Positions 1-18,629 of a stretch of 64,000 bases of DNA are shown here, piece by piece. The stretch's first letter is position 1. Every line of letters starts with the position of its first letter. The notes under the pieces were generated by a model. It worked only from the letters and a program-made list of their open reading frames with translations. It ran no database searches and was not told where the DNA came from. The position numbers and the translations under genes are program-made. Origin of the DNA: the human T2T-CHM13v2.0 reference genome, Homo sapiens; the NCBI RefSeq assembly GCF_009914755.1, contig NC_060946.1; one strand, given 5' to 3'.

Positions 1-476
1 CAATCTAAATATATTCACTGGCTACCATGTGATAGGAACTAGAGGTACAGAAATAAGCAGGAAAGAGTCCCTGCCCTCAAAGAACTAATGTCTGGTAGGA
101 GAGACAGATAATTAAATAAGTAATTATAGTAGAGTGGTTTTGTGTTATAATAATATAGGCACCTATAGGGCAACTAATAGCCTTGTGGATGAGGATTTCG
201 GGAAAGTTTTGTTCTATTCACTTTATCATTAAATCCAACTGGAGACTACCACAAGTCTTCTCCATCTGTCTGCAACTACATGTGTTCTTCTTGTTTTTTT
301 GTATTCAAAAGACAACAGCAATTCAACCAACACTTATTGACATCTACTAAGTGCAAGGTTTACAATGGACACAATTAGAATCCTGCCTTTAATAAGCTTC
401 CAGTCCAGTAGAGAGGTACCAATTAATTTTAATTTTTATGCGATCTGACAAAAGCCCTTAGATATAGATAAAAAAT

Positions 477-770
<294 letters not shown>

Positions 771-1247
771 GGTAGTTATATGAGGAAGAAATTATTTTTG
801 GCTTTTTTAGGAGCTGGGATATAAAGAAAAGGAGGGCCAGGGAAGGCTTTGCGGTGTTGGTAACTCTAGATTTTAACATGTAAAGATGAATAGGTTATTC
901 CAAAAAGAAACTAGCATGTACAAAGGCAAAAATGTCCAATGTGTATTTTCATAAATCAGTGTATAATTTTATAACATATCAATTACACAATTATACAAAT
1001 GTTTTAAAAGTAATTCCTGCTATGTTACCACCTTTGTTTTTCTCCTTGCACAAAATGCCTCTTCTACTCACAGAACTATCACAGATTATGGCTATTATAT
1101 TTGTATCTTCATCTGCCAAATCATGAAATAAATGAAATGAGACAGTATAGTGTAAGGTTAAGGAGATTCATTCTGGAGACAGGTACAAAAAGGAAATAAA
1201 ATTTCATTAAGAATGATTCTAAATCATTACTGTACAACCCAAGACAC

Positions 1248-1388
1248 CTGAACTTCTCCATGCCTCCTCTTTTCAAATGCCAGTCTTTCTTCATCTGTCT
1301 TCTGTTCCCACTGCAGTTTTTCCAGTTGTTGAGTCATTGTAGCTACTTTCTTTCTTACTTGTTCCTTAAGTTCTTTATAACGATCCAG
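1248..1388 (-). CDS. SMC1B: SMC1B coding exon 7 (141 bp): LDRYKELKEQVRKKVATMTQQLEKLQWEQK...HGEVQ; gene continues beyond the left edge
   Basis: TGCAG| acceptor, CAG|GT donor; open frame, coiled coil; cumulative 1254 nt. Confidence 0.94.
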
Positions 1389-2346
1389 CTGCATAAACAG
1401 TATTGAAAAATTGCTAATTCACCTTAAGAAGCATGAGAGCAAATTTCTTTGTATGAAATCCTGTACTAGAAGATAATTAATCTTCCCAAAAGCTTGCTTT
1501 ATATAAATTAAATCATAATCGACCACCTTCCCCCGGTAAAATAATGTGAGCATGAAAGCTTCCTTTAAAAAAACTGTTTATTATTTATTTATTTATTTAT
1601 ATTTGAAACTTATTTATTTATTTATTTTTATTTTGCCCAGGCTGGAGTACAGTGGCACAATCACGGCTCACTGCAGCTTTGGCCTCCTGGGCTCAAGTGT
1701 TTATCTTATTATTCATAAGGTAATCATTTTTTCCTCTCATAAACACTTAAAGATACATGTGGCTTTGAGGAGACATGATCACTTAATTGACAAGAAGGAA
1801 ACTGATTACTTAAGGTGCTTTAAAATGTTCAGTGATGAATTAATCTCTAACTTATTATACAAGATTTAATTATAATAAATCACTAGATGGCAAAAACATG
1901 TAATCGACAAACAACCACATTTTTATCGTTTATCTCTTTTATCAATTTTATGATAATCTTATATCACAAATATACCAAATACCAAAACAATTATGACTAT
2001 ATATACCAAAATAATTATAACTATATAAGTAGAAAAAATATATCATTTTCTCTGGATTCTCCTTTCTCTTTTAAGATTTTTGGACAGAGACCTTAGTATA
2101 GAGGTTTTTGTTGCTCTATTTTAAACAGTCTTTTAGGCCAGGCACAGTGGATCATGCCTGTAATCCCAGCACTTTGGGAAGCCGAGGCAAGAGGATCACT
2201 TGAGCCCAGGAGTTTGAGACCAGCCTAGGCAACACAGTGTGACCTCATCTCTACAAAAAATTTAAAAATTAGACAGGTGTGGTAGCATGCGCCTGTAGAC
2301 GGGAGGATCAATTGAGCCCAGGAGTGACACTGCAGTGAACTATGAT

Positions 2347-3759
<1,413 letters not shown>

Positions 3760-3995
3760 TGATTATGCCACTGCACTCCAGCCTGAGTGACAGAGCGAGA
3801 CCCTCTCTCTACAAAATTAAAATTAAAAATAAATAAATCTAGTTCTGTATACAGGCTGAAAAATTTAAATCCCCACAATTTACATTGAGGATAATCTCTT
3901 AAAATATCAGAGAGGTCATCTTTTAAATTTTTTTCTAATTCAAAGAAGCTGAAATAATAGAAACACAAGATTTCCCCTAAGTTGTCCTTTTTTAC

Positions 3996-4254
3996 CTGAC
4001 TGGCTTCCAGTTCAATGTCTCGCTTTTTATGTAAAATTTCTTCCTCAATCTGCTTTTCAAAACTTCTCCATGCAGCATCTAAATCAGCCAGCTCTGTCTC
4101 CAGGGCTTTTATATCATCTTCCTGTTTAGAACATTGTTTTTCGCTGTCCTTTATTGATTTCTTAGCCACATCTAATTTCTTAAGGTGGTGAGAAGTGTTT
4201 TCTTTGGCTTTAATGTACTGAGGCCTCTTCTGATTTAAAAGGGTTTCAACCGAT
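3996..4254 (-). CDS. SMC1B: SMC1B coding exon 6 (259 bp): SVETLLNQKRPQYIKAKENTSHHLKK...IELEASQ
   Basis: TTTCAG| acceptor, CAG|GTAA donor; conserved SMC1 KRPQYIKAKENTSH segment; phase 2 to 0. Confidence 0.96.
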
Positions 4255-6106
4255 CTGAAAAGGGAAAAATGTTTGCTTTAAAGAAAATTTCATTTCTTTA
4301 ATATATAAAGGGAAGAAGTTGTTTTGATCAAACCACTTTAAAAAAGAAATCCTAAAAATCAACTTTCAGAGACTGTAAGCAGATCAATGGTTGCCAAAGG
4401 TTGAGCAAGGTCAGGGGGAGGGATGAATAAAGCACACGGTCACTTTTGAGAGTGGTACTGTAGTGGTAGACACTTGACACTATGAATTTGCCAAAACCTG
4501 TATTACTTTACAGCACCAAGGATGAACCTTAATGTAAGCAAATTAAAAAAGAATCACTCAGGAGGCTAAGGGATCCTATATGGAATGTAGAATGCAATAA
4601 AAAATCTAACTTTATTATAAATGTAGAAACAGCCTTACTGAAGGGGTGGAAGGAAAACATGCTGACCTAATTCTAGAAATGAGTGGAGTCTGTAAGACTA
4701 AAAGCAAAAGAATTGTATATAAGTACTATACTGTAGTTACAAAGATGCTTTCCATGGGGGTACGGGTTAACAATTCTGACGCTATTACACGTGATTACTG
4801 GAAATGCACAATTAAGCAAATGGATGGCAGATGGTAGAAGCCAGATTTCCCATTGTTGAAGTGGGAGGTTACAGATAAGCAAGAGAAGGCTAGAATGATT
4901 AATGTGGTAATGGCTTAGAATTGGGAGACATCAATATGAACTCATGTTTAGCTTAATATAGATGGTCACATATGAAAATATTTATAGCTATGTGTATAAA
5001 TAGTATACACAGGTATTTCCTAGTTCCAACAGCTGAGAAAGCCTAGAAGCAAGGACACTCCAGTAGCAACGAACACACCTACCACCTAGATGTTGGTTCC
5101 TAATACTGTTCTCCGATAAAAGGAACCAGGGTTCCTTGGAGAGCCTGGGGCAGGCTCATACAAGCTGGGGCAAGCTGATGCTTGGACTCGCTTATACAAG
5201 ATGACAGTAGAAGATACTTATCTTCTAGAAAGTAAGGAAGAGCTCCAAAAAAAAATCACAGTAATGAGAATATTTCAAAGGGACACAGGAGCCAACTCAA
5301 AGAGTTCTCAGTGGCCACAGCAGGAACAATCTAAGCAACAAAATCAACAATGTAATACTGGATTATAACTCTAAATGTAAAATATCCATAAATCTATACT
5401 GATGTAAACAAATAACAATTAATTTAATTTTAAAATAATTAAGTAGAGACAAATCTGTGCAGAATTCCAAAAAAATCATGTAGATACTTTGCCCTCAAGG
5501 TAAAACATAACTCTCCTTACTCCTTAAGTGTGGGCTAAGCATAGTGACTTCCTCTCAAAGATTATAGTATGAAAAGGGAGAAAAAATAACCTCACAGAGG
5601 AGAAACATGACAAAAACTACTTCAGTCAGGTGATCAAGGTCAACATCAACAGTGATACCATGTTGATATGACACATGATATAGTACATGATAAATGTCAT
5701 GTAACATATATAATACACTGACACTCTGATAGAATATAATGAGAAGGACATTTTACTTCTGTGGGCTTCCTCCCCACAGTCTGTATCTTCAGTCTAATTA
5801 TGTGAAAACCATCAGACAAATCCGGATTGAAAGATGTTCTATAAAAAAACTGACCAATATTCCTCAAAATTGTCAAGTTCATCAAAAACAAGAACTGTCA
5901 CAGCTAAAAGGTGCCTAAGGAGACATATAACTAAATGTAATATGGTATTCTGGATCATAAAAAGGACATTAGGCAAAAGCTGAGAAAATATGTATAAAGT
6001 ATGGACTTTAGTTAATGTATCAATATTAGTTTATTAATTCTGACAATGTATCATAATAATGTAAGATATTAATAATAGGAGAAACTGAGTGTTGGGAATA
6101 TGGGAC

Positions 6107-7087
<981 letters not shown>

Positions 7088-7237
7088 TATACTATCTTTA
7101 TAATTTTTCTGTATATCTAAAAGTATTCCAAAGTAAAAAGCTTATTTTTAAAATCAATTTTCAAAGTGTCACTTATATTATTCCCTCTATCAAGCTACAT
7201 ATAACCCAACTGTTAATATCTACTTTTAAAAACTCAC

Positions 7238-7476
7238 TTTAATTCTTTTTCTGTTTGTTGTAGTTGTCTAGTTAGCATTCCATGTTCCTTTTTCCTGGCT
7301 TTAACTATGTTTTCATGATGAGACAAAGACTCTCTTTTGACACTCAAATCCCTATTCACATGCTCTAACTTGGTGTTCAGGAGATGAATCTTTTTCTCAT
7401 TATGGTATAGTTGAAAAAGCTGCAGTTGTATCTTGTTCATTTTCAGTTCTTCAAGGAGACTCTGGTAACGTTCTGC
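7238..7476 (-). CDS. SMC1B: SMC1B coding exon 5 (239 bp): AERYQSLLEELKMNKIQLQLFQLYHNE...TEKELK
   Basis: TATAG| acceptor, AA|GTGAGT donor; coiled coil; overlaps ORF 7234..7440. Confidence 0.96.
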
Positions 7477-8356
7477 CTATAAAAGAGTATAATTCAACAG
7501 CAGTTAAAAGGGAGTGTATTTAAGTTGGCCTTTCATAAACTCAACTACTATACCAACAAATTAACTAATGAATGTTTATTTATTAGGACATAATGTTCTT
7601 GCCAAAAGTAGCATAATTTGGCGAGGGTTTCTGAATATACTTTTTAAATAACCCAATACACCAGCAAATGATTTTGTGTTCTTGCGCTCAGTGGTATGAT
7701 GATGAGAACAAAGAAGTGGCATGCATTAGCCTGGGTCCCTTTTGTCTGGACCTGTGAGTTTCACAACTCAATCAGTATTTCTGGCATCAGCTTCCTCCTT
7801 TGTAAACTGAAAGAAGAGTGTGATATGACTTATAAGGTGCTAGTAACTTTAAATTCAATGACTCCAGGAAAAATTCCTACTACAGGAAGTAGTTTTTCTA
7901 CCGATAAAACAGGACTCTTACAGTGCTAAATTATATGTGAAAAATAATAATTTCCTTAACATTTGTGCTATTAAAGAAATAAAGGAACAGGCTACCTCAA
8001 GAGGAGCTCCTAATCAATATTGGAAGTATTCAAAGTAACAGGCTATCCACTAGGATGTTGTAAAAAACAATTAGGAAGTTGTTTCGTTCTAACTGTCCTT
8101 AAAATGTTTAAATTTTGCAGTTCAGTATATTGTGATTATTATAGTCTGACTTCCACTGCTGCCACTCCTTTCCACTAACAAAACCAAGGACATGTATACA
8201 TATTAGAAAACATGAAGACACAGAGAAACATCACTAATAAGAAACATCCACTTTCCATTTACTTCTTCAAATATGTATTGAGTATCTACTATGAGCCAGG
8301 CGCTGGTCTATGCATTGAGAATATAGCAGAAAATAAGACAGACTATCCCTGATCCT

Positions 8357-8668
8357 GTTTGTTTGTTTGTTTGTTTGTTTGAAACAGAGTTTTGCTCTCT
8401 CACCCAGGCTGGAATGCAATGGCACGATCACAGCTCACTGTAGCCTCGACCTCCTGGGCCCAAGAGATCCTTCTGTGTCAGCCTCCTGAGTGGCTGGAAA
8501 GACAGGCGTGTGCCACCACACCAGGCAAAGTTTTTTATTTTTATTTTTGTAGAGATGAGGTCTCACTATGTTGCCCAGGCTAGTCTCGAACTCCTGGGCT
8601 CAAGGGATGCTCCCACCTTGGCCTCCCAAAGTACTGGGATTAAAGATGTGAGCCACCATACCCAGCCC
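8357..8668 (-). mobile_element. AluJ with (GTTT)n tail
   Basis: Diverged antisense Alu. Confidence 0.85.
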
Positions 8669-8744
8669 AACCCTGCTCTTGTGCAATTTATATTACAGTT
8701 ATTCTAATGGGGAGAAGAGAGGAAGAAAAGTCAGAGAATAAACA

Positions 8745-9809
8745 CAAGGACTAAACTCTGATCTTTTTTCTTCTCTTGCCCAAATTTCTATCTAAGGAGC
8801 CTGGGGAGTCTGCTCTACAAAGTTTCATCAGAGGGTGTTTTTTGTTTGTTTGTTTGTTTGTTTGTTTTGAGACAGAGTCTCACTCTGTCGCCCAGGCTAA
8901 AGTGCAGTGGTGCAATCTCGGCTCACTGCAACCTCTGCCTCTTAGCTTCAAGTGATTCTCCTGCCTCAGCCTCCTGAGTAGCTGGGATTACAGGCATGTG
9001 CCACCACGCCCAGCTAATTTTTGTATTTTTAGTAAAGACAGGGTTTCTCCATGTTGGCCAGGCTGGTCTCAAACTCCTGACCTCAAGTAATCCACCTGCC
9101 TCGGTCTCCCAAAGTGTTGGGATTATAGGCATGAGGCGCCATGCCTGGCCAGAGGGGTTTTATTCAACCCTATATCATATAGCTTACTTTCCAACCTGAT
9201 GCTGGCATAGTATCACATGACAGATAAGGAAGGAAATTAAAATATTTTAACTGCAAATATGTTTCTTTGCCATATCTTGAAATAGCCGTGCAAAGTTGTC
9301 TCTTGTGGGGAAAAAAATCTACATTCTGTAGAGAATCCCCTTTCCCTTTTCCAAACCTTTTTTCCTGAACCAGGAGACAACCAACTAAGAGTCCCATACC
9401 TTTTCAAGTCTGATAAGAAACATTTACAATGTATTCTCTCTGAAGCCTGCTACCTGGAGGCTTCCTGTGCATAACAAGAACATTGGTCTCTACAATCCGT
9501 TATCTTAATCCAGACATTTCCTTTCTATTGATTCCAGGTCTTTAGCTAAAACTCTTTCAATCAATTGCCAATCAGAAAACCTTTGAATCCACCTATAACC
9601 TCCTTTCCAGAATGAAGCAACATACATCTTACAAGTATTGACTGATGTCTTATGTCCCCCTAAAATGTATAAAACCTAGCTGTGGCCCAACCACCTTGGG
9701 CACATGTTCTCAGGATCTCCTTAGAGCTGTGTCACAGGCCATGGTCACTCATATTTGGCACAGAATAAATCTCTTCAAATATTTTACGGAGTTTGACTCT
9801 TTGTTGACA
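8745..9809 (+). mobile_element. MER4-family (MER4D-like) LTR containing an antisense AluS at ~8838-9150
   Basis: MER4 3' end CAGAATAAATCTCTTCAAATATTTTAC...GACA. Confidence 0.75.
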
Positions 9810-10169
9810 GACAAGCAAACAAATAATAAACAAGATAATTTTATACAGCAATAAACGCTACAAAAGAAACAAAATAGGGTAATGTGCTAGTACAAGGGAG
9901 GGGGTGCTAATTTAGATTGGAGGAATGAACAGTAAATGCCTACCTGAGAAAATGGCTTTTTAATAAAAACATGAATGAGAGACTACCAGGTATGTAAAAT
10001 CAGGCACACAGCTATCTAGGCAGAGGAAATAGCAAAAGCCCCAGAATAGAAAGGAGTTTGGTGTGTTCAACACATAATAAAGGTCAAGGTGGTAGCAAAG
10101 CATAGGAAGTTAAGGCTCAAGAGGTAAACAGAGACAAGGCTAGTACGCCTTATAAGAGACAAGATTCTT

Positions 10170-10553
<384 letters not shown>

Positions 10554-10604
10554 TTAGGCATTTTGAAGGGGCCCAAGAAATGTATAGAAGTACATTTGCA
10601 TGTA

Positions 10605-11090
10605 ATGTGGTCATGGCCTCCTAGGAGGTTCCCAAGACCCTTTTAGGGAGTCCCTGAAAACAAAATTATTTTCATAATAATACTAAGACTTTGTCTATTT
10701 CAATGTGTCGACACATGCACTAACAGTGTGGACAAAATTGCTAGGCCTTAGCATAAGTAAGATTTAACACAGAAATGTTTATGAGAATTCAGCTGTCTTT
10801 TATCAAGCTAGACATTAAGGAAATTATAAAAGTGGTAAAACAATGTCTCTCTTCTAATTGGTTGTGGAAAATACAGTTATCTTTCATAAAAATGCTATTT
10901 ATATTAACATGTAATGAGTTTATTGCTATTTTTACAGGGATCATTAAAATATTTTTTAAATTTCCAGTGTTAATTTCACATACAATAAATATTAATAGAT
11001 ATAACCCATATGAACAAAAACTCTTTGGGGTCCTCAATAATTTTTAAGAGCATAAGGGGTTTAATATCCAAACATCTGAGAGCCTTTGCC
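10605..11090. mobile_element. Charlie1-type hAT DNA transposon remnant
   Basis: Charlie1 subterminal motifs (ATTTTCATAATAATACTAAGAC; CTCTTTGGGGTCCTCAATAATTTTTAAGAG). Confidence 0.7.
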
Positions 11091-11350
11091 ACATAAGACA
11101 TAAACCCCTCAAGCTTGTTTTTAGTTGGGAAAATCAGACATTTTTCTAGTTCAGGCTGTCCTGCCTATTCGGAAAGAAAAACCCAAATAGTGGGAAATAC
11201 ATCAAAAAGTTTATCTTAATGAATATTGGGCTTTAATTGTCTTATACTATTAAATTAATCTTCTTGGTAAGCCCAAGCCCATACCTAGTGATTCTAACAT
11301 AGAAAGTTTTATATCCAACAACTAATGGTTACATCTTCATGACATCTTAC

Positions 11351-11554
11351 CTCTTCCTTCTCTAATTTTGCTTGTCTGCGCTCTGCCGCTATATTTTTTT
11401 TCTTATTAAAGTTAAACTGTGCATCCTCTTCGGCTTTTTGTAACTTTCTTTTCTTTTCTTCATATTCTCCTATAAGCTCTCCTGAAGTGCTGATTTCCTC
11501 AAAAAACTGGGTCCTTTCTTTGGGTTTCTTCACTGAAATTGACTCTACAGTTCC
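11351..11554 (-). CDS. SMC1B: SMC1B coding exon 4 (204 bp): [22 protein letters not shown]...KLEKEE
   Basis: AAAAG| acceptor after an 89-bp intron, GAG|GTAAG donor; overlaps ORF 11309..11533. Confidence 0.96.
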
Positions 11555-11643
11555 CTTTTAAAAACAGTAATGCACATCAACATATAAAATATAGTGATGT
11601 ATTTTCAAAACTCTGAATCAAATAAACTACTATAGCTACTTAC

Positions 11644-11756
11644 CTGAAAAACCAAACAATTTTGTGCTTTGACTATTATGCCTATCTTTTCCAACTCTGC
11701 AATGTAAACAGAACGACTCACAAGATTATCATTAAAGCGAAATTCTGAGCATCCCC
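11644..11756 (-). CDS. SMC1B: SMC1B coding exon 3 (113 bp): GGCSEFRFNDNLVSRSVYIAELEKIGIIVKAQNCLVFQ
   Basis: TTTTAG| acceptor, CAG|GTAAGT donor; SMC Q-loop (LVFQG); cumulative length 411 nt, phase 0. Confidence 0.96.
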
Positions 11757-12002
11757 CTAAAATAAAAAAATAAACCCTGTTAAAAAATATATAAATACCA
11801 GATATACCTCAAAATCCACCGAAAGTTTAATAAAATTATTTTTCTTATTGAAATGGCCAGTTATATAATAATATACATGGGAATAAATGCATTTAATGAG
11901 TCAACAAATATTGAGTGTCTATTACATGTCAAGGTCTCTTTTACAGTGGCGAACAAAACACATGAAAGTCTCTTATCTGAAGAGCATATATCCTAGTCAG
12001 GA

Positions 12003-12830
12003 TGTAAAAGGAAAATAAATCTCAGAACCCCTAACTCACTAAGCCAAAGGGAAAAGTCAACCTGGGAACTAGGTCATGCAAACTTGCCTCCTATTTTGTT
12101 ACTAAATAAGGTAGCTGTAAAGATTGAAAAACAACAACAGCAACAAAAACTGCATGCCTCCCTCACAATTTACCCACAGGGAAATTCCTTGTGGGCCCCA
12201 AGATCTTTACCCTAAAACAGTTCTGTTGAATTTTAACCTGACAATATAAATTGATAGCTTATCTTCACATGTACAGGACAAAGGACAGAACTCAGTCATC
12301 CCTCTGCTCACCTGAGATAAATGTATATCTGATTGTCTCCTCTGCCCTATCTTTATCTTTTTTTTTTTCTGAGACAGGGTCTTGCTCTGTTGACCAGGTT
12401 GGAGTGCAGTGGCGCAATCTTGGCTCACTGTATCCTAGACCTCCCGGACTCAAGTCATCTTCCCACCTCAGCCTCCTAAGTACTGGGACTATAGACTCAC
12501 GCTACCACACACAGCTAATTGTAGAGACAAGGTCTCACCATGTTGCCCAGGCTGGTCTCAAACTCCCGAGTTCAAGCAATCGTCCTGCTGTGGCCTCCCA
12601 AAGTGCTGGGATTACAGGCATGAGCCCCATGCCCAGCCTATATTATCTTATATAAAAATGCAGATTCACTGAGCTAGCCTAATGCAGAAGTGACTATGCC
12701 TCTACCCCTGTCACATGTGAACAATTGATCAAAGGCTCAAAAGAATGCAACCACTGGTCTCTTTTCTATCCACACCTTTAAAAAAAATTTCTTCCTCTTT
12801 CCCAAATCCCCGCTCTTTTCCCGTAAATGT
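12003..12830 (+). mobile_element. MER4-family LTR with an antisense AluJ at ~12358-12638
   Basis: Begins TGTAAAAGGAAAATAAATCT...AAAGGGAAAAGTCAA, like the MER4A 5' end. Confidence 0.7.
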
Positions 12831-12960
12831 ATATATACACACACACACAAATTCAAACATTTCACTCAAGTTGCTTTTTGGTGGTAGAAAAAACTGTCTA
12901 TAATAAAGCCAAAAATATGCATACAATTTGTTCATCACTAAGAAAAACTGATAAACATAA

Positions 12961-13315
<355 letters not shown>

Positions 13316-13600
13316 CTCCCTCCTTCATCTTAACTAAATATCCAGATTTTAAAATGTTATTTGACAGTAGGGGGATTTGAACAATTATGTCAGTTAAGGA
13401 AAAGCAGACATAATTGGAGAAATTTGTGGCGAATCAAACAGGTTCTGTTACTTGCTTCTGAGATATGCTATGCAAGAGAAAAAAGAACTCTAGTTCATTA
13501 CACCAGTAGAATAATAAACCATACCCTCCAAAGAAAGAAAAAATGGGCAATCTTACTTGACTCTTGAAAAATAAAATGAAAAAAAATTATAAAAAAATAC

Positions 13601-13789
13601 CTCGGATAATCCTTGCAAATGTTTTCTCTTCGCCACTTTCCTCCACATATATAATTTTTACACTTGCAGAAGAAGAAATAGGTTTTCCAATATGTGCTCC
13701 ATGAATGAGTTCTTGAATATTTTTCACTCTTAAATTAGCTATTTTCTCTCCCATTACAAAACTAAGTGCATCCATTACATTAGATTTTC
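13601..13789 (-). CDS. SMC1B: SMC1B coding exon 2 (189 bp): (G)[15 protein letters not shown]...FARIIR
   Basis: Acceptor CCCCAG|G, donor G|GTAT; completes Walker A GKSN in frame with exon 1. Confidence 0.97.
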
Positions 13790-14171
13790 CTGGGGAAGAA
13801 AAGAGATAAAACATTATTCATTCTTAATGATAAAAAGCCCTACCCAGAGCTGAAGAAATCAGGCCACCAATCGAAGTGAAATATAGCCAAAAGACATGTC
13901 CTTTTTAATCAATGTTCAAAATGCATGACTGAAATATTTGATGTAGATAACTCATTTCTTCTATGCATCTATTGTAGACTATTAAGAGGTCTAAATTTAA
14001 GGACTGAAATACACCTATCTAAATCCCAGCTCTCTTCCATTGTTAGGTATCACACCATGGCAAATCATTTAACTTCACTGAGTTTCAATTATCCTCATTT
14101 TATAAATATGGAAACTACCTAAAGCATTGGTGCAGCACCAAATTCTCTTATACTCTAAAAAAGAGAGGCTA

Positions 14172-14509
<338 letters not shown>

Positions 14510-14544
14510 CTAACTAAATCCAGGATCAAGGGCTAGATTAAAAT

Positions 14545-15165
14545 TGTTTGATTGGTATGAGATGGTGCTACAGAAAATTTATATAGCAGGCTTGATACTG
14601 TTATCTTTTGAAAGTCCTACTTACAAGGTTGGCTGGCTTACAGGGATTTGGATTTGGATGTTGGGAGGGTTTCTAACATTCCCTATTAAGAATGGCTCAC
14701 AGTGCCTAAACTATCTGTACAAACAATATGATTTAATCTGAACATATGCTTTCTTTCTAGGATTCTGGAATATTATTTTATAATTTCTTTTGAGGAAGGT
14801 CTGGCCTAAGAAGATTCTGGAACTTGGGTACATGATAGGCAAACGGTGCCTATGTGACAATCTCCCGATAAAAACGCTGCACATTGAGTCTTTAGTGAGG
14901 TTCCCTGGTGGGCAACATTTCACATGTGTGGACTAGCTGCTGGAGGAATGAAGCACTGAGTGACACCAATGGGTAAGGACTTGGAATCTTGCAACTGGTT
15001 TCCTAAGACTTTGCCTCATATATCCTTTCCCTTTGCTGAGTTCGCTTTGTATTTTTTCACTGTAATAAATAATAGTATTGAGTCAAACTATATGTAGAAT
15101 CCTGTGAGTTTTCCCAACAAATTACTGAACCTAAGGGTAGTTGTGGGCATTCCTAACCCCAATGT
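14545..15165. mobile_element. MER21-like LTR
   Basis: MER21-type motifs (TGCCTATGTGAC, TTCCCTGGTGGGCAACATTTCACATGTGT). Confidence 0.6.
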
Positions 15166-15266
15166 TAAATCTGTTACCCAATCATTGGCCCATAATTTTC
15201 TCTAAGACAATTTCCAAGGTGCAATGTCAATGCAGCTGTCACCATCACTATTATTTCTCCTTTTCA

Positions 15267-15608
<342 letters not shown>

Positions 15609-16049
15609 TTAATTTTCAATGCCAAAACTAGGAAAGTAACATAAACAAAGCAAAGGAATACTATCAGCCACCGGAAATATGGCTTAGTTTTAGAGGTTTA
15701 GGGTCTTTCTAAAAAGAACTAGAAATAAATTGCTGCAAATTTATTTAGCTGAGTCTCAGTCAACTAACAGGTATGAAACGGCTTTTTTGGGTTAATGGAT
15801 AATCTGCACATTGAGGGCTATTGTAAGACAGTGCATATGGACAAGATAAACATTCACTGAATTAAATTATTAAGTAATTTAAGTATTAAGTAACAAAACT
15901 AAACATAAACTTTTAAAATCAATAAGTCAATCCTTATTTAAATCTGCCTAAAATAAATACTTCTCATCCAAATCCATTTATTCCATTAAATTTCATTAAT
16001 ATTGTCCCTGCCTAATAAAGGTTATAGTCTGTCAAGAGAGTCAAGGCAG

Positions 16050-17659
<1,610 letters not shown>

Positions 17660-18345
17660 TAACCAAAGACGGTGTCGCCAGGAACTTAGGAAAAGCTCAG
17701 TAAACTGGGTCATCATCACTACATTCCTGGGTCAAAGCTCCCTTGGATCCAAATGGTGGTTCTGGCTGCTTGGAACCCATTACCTCCTCGACAGCTCCCT
17801 CTCACTTCAACTTCGGATGAGAAGGGAAAAGGGACGCGAGTGACCAGGGCCAAGGGCCAGAGCAGTCCCCGAAGCAGGAGTGAGGGCAGAGAACAGGGCC
17901 CAGGGCGGGACCGGGGCGGAGAGGAAGCGTCAGGACCCCCAGGGTGGGGGCGAGGGTTGGGAGCCCCTGAGATGAAGGGCGAGGGCCGGAACTGAGGTGG
18001 GGTGGGGTCCCTCAGGGTGTCGGAGGAGGGTCGGGAGCCAGGAGGTGGAGGGCGAGAGCGGGGCCCGAGGCGGGGCCGAGTGGAAGGGTCAGGACCTCCG
18101 AGGTGGGGCGGAGGGACAAGGGTCGGGACCCCTGAGGTGGACGGCGAGGACCGGGGCTGAGGTGGGGTGATGGGCAGGGGCTGGGCCAGGGCCAGGCCGG
18201 GATCCGGTCGCGGTCAGGCTCCGGGACTGGAAGGGGAAGGCCGGCCAGGCGCCCGCGGCAGACGCCCACACCCCACAGGCCACGTGTGGCCTGGACGCCT
18301 GGGACGGCGGAGGCGCTCCGGTGGCGCCCTGAGCTGCTCAGTTAC

Positions 18346-18454
18346 CAGAGCCGTTGGGGCCGATGATGCAGGTGAACCTCCGGAAGGGGCCAATGACCTG
18401 GCGGCCCCGCCACGACTTGAAATTTTCCACAAGCAGCAGCTCCAGGTGGGCCAT
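18346..18454 (-). CDS. SMC1B: SMC1B coding exon 1 (109 bp): [37 protein letters not shown]
   Basis: ATG at 18454 in GCGCCATGG context; SMC N-terminal ENFKS motif and first half of Walker A (GPNGSG); donor G|GTAAC at 18345. Confidence 0.97.
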
Positions 18455-18505
18455 GGCGCCGCCCTCCACGCCTCACCCGCGTTATCAAGCGCCCGCGGAA
18501 AAAGC

Positions 18506-18512
18506 GCGGGAA
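18506..18512. promoter_or_regulatory. E2F/E2F6-type site GCGGGAA (TTCCCGC on -); second GCGGGA at 18601-18606
   Basis: Motif match ~50 bp upstream of the SMC1B ATG; E2F6 is an established repressor of Smc1b through TCCCGC. Confidence 0.6.
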
Positions 18513-18563
18513 GGGATTCGCCAAGTGTCGCGAGAAGAGAGCGAGACGCGGCAAGCGCGGAGC

Positions 18564-18578
18564 CGTTCCTTAGCAACG
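18564..18578. promoter_or_regulatory. RFX X-box (CGTTCCTTAGCAACG)
   Basis: Close match to the imperfect palindromic RFX consensus GTTNCC-N(1-2)-RGYAAC, upstream of a ciliary gene. Confidence 0.75.
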
Positions 18579-18629
18579 AGTTGTTGACATTTCCGAGAGA
18601 GCGGGAGCGTCTGTACCTCTGCGGCGTCA

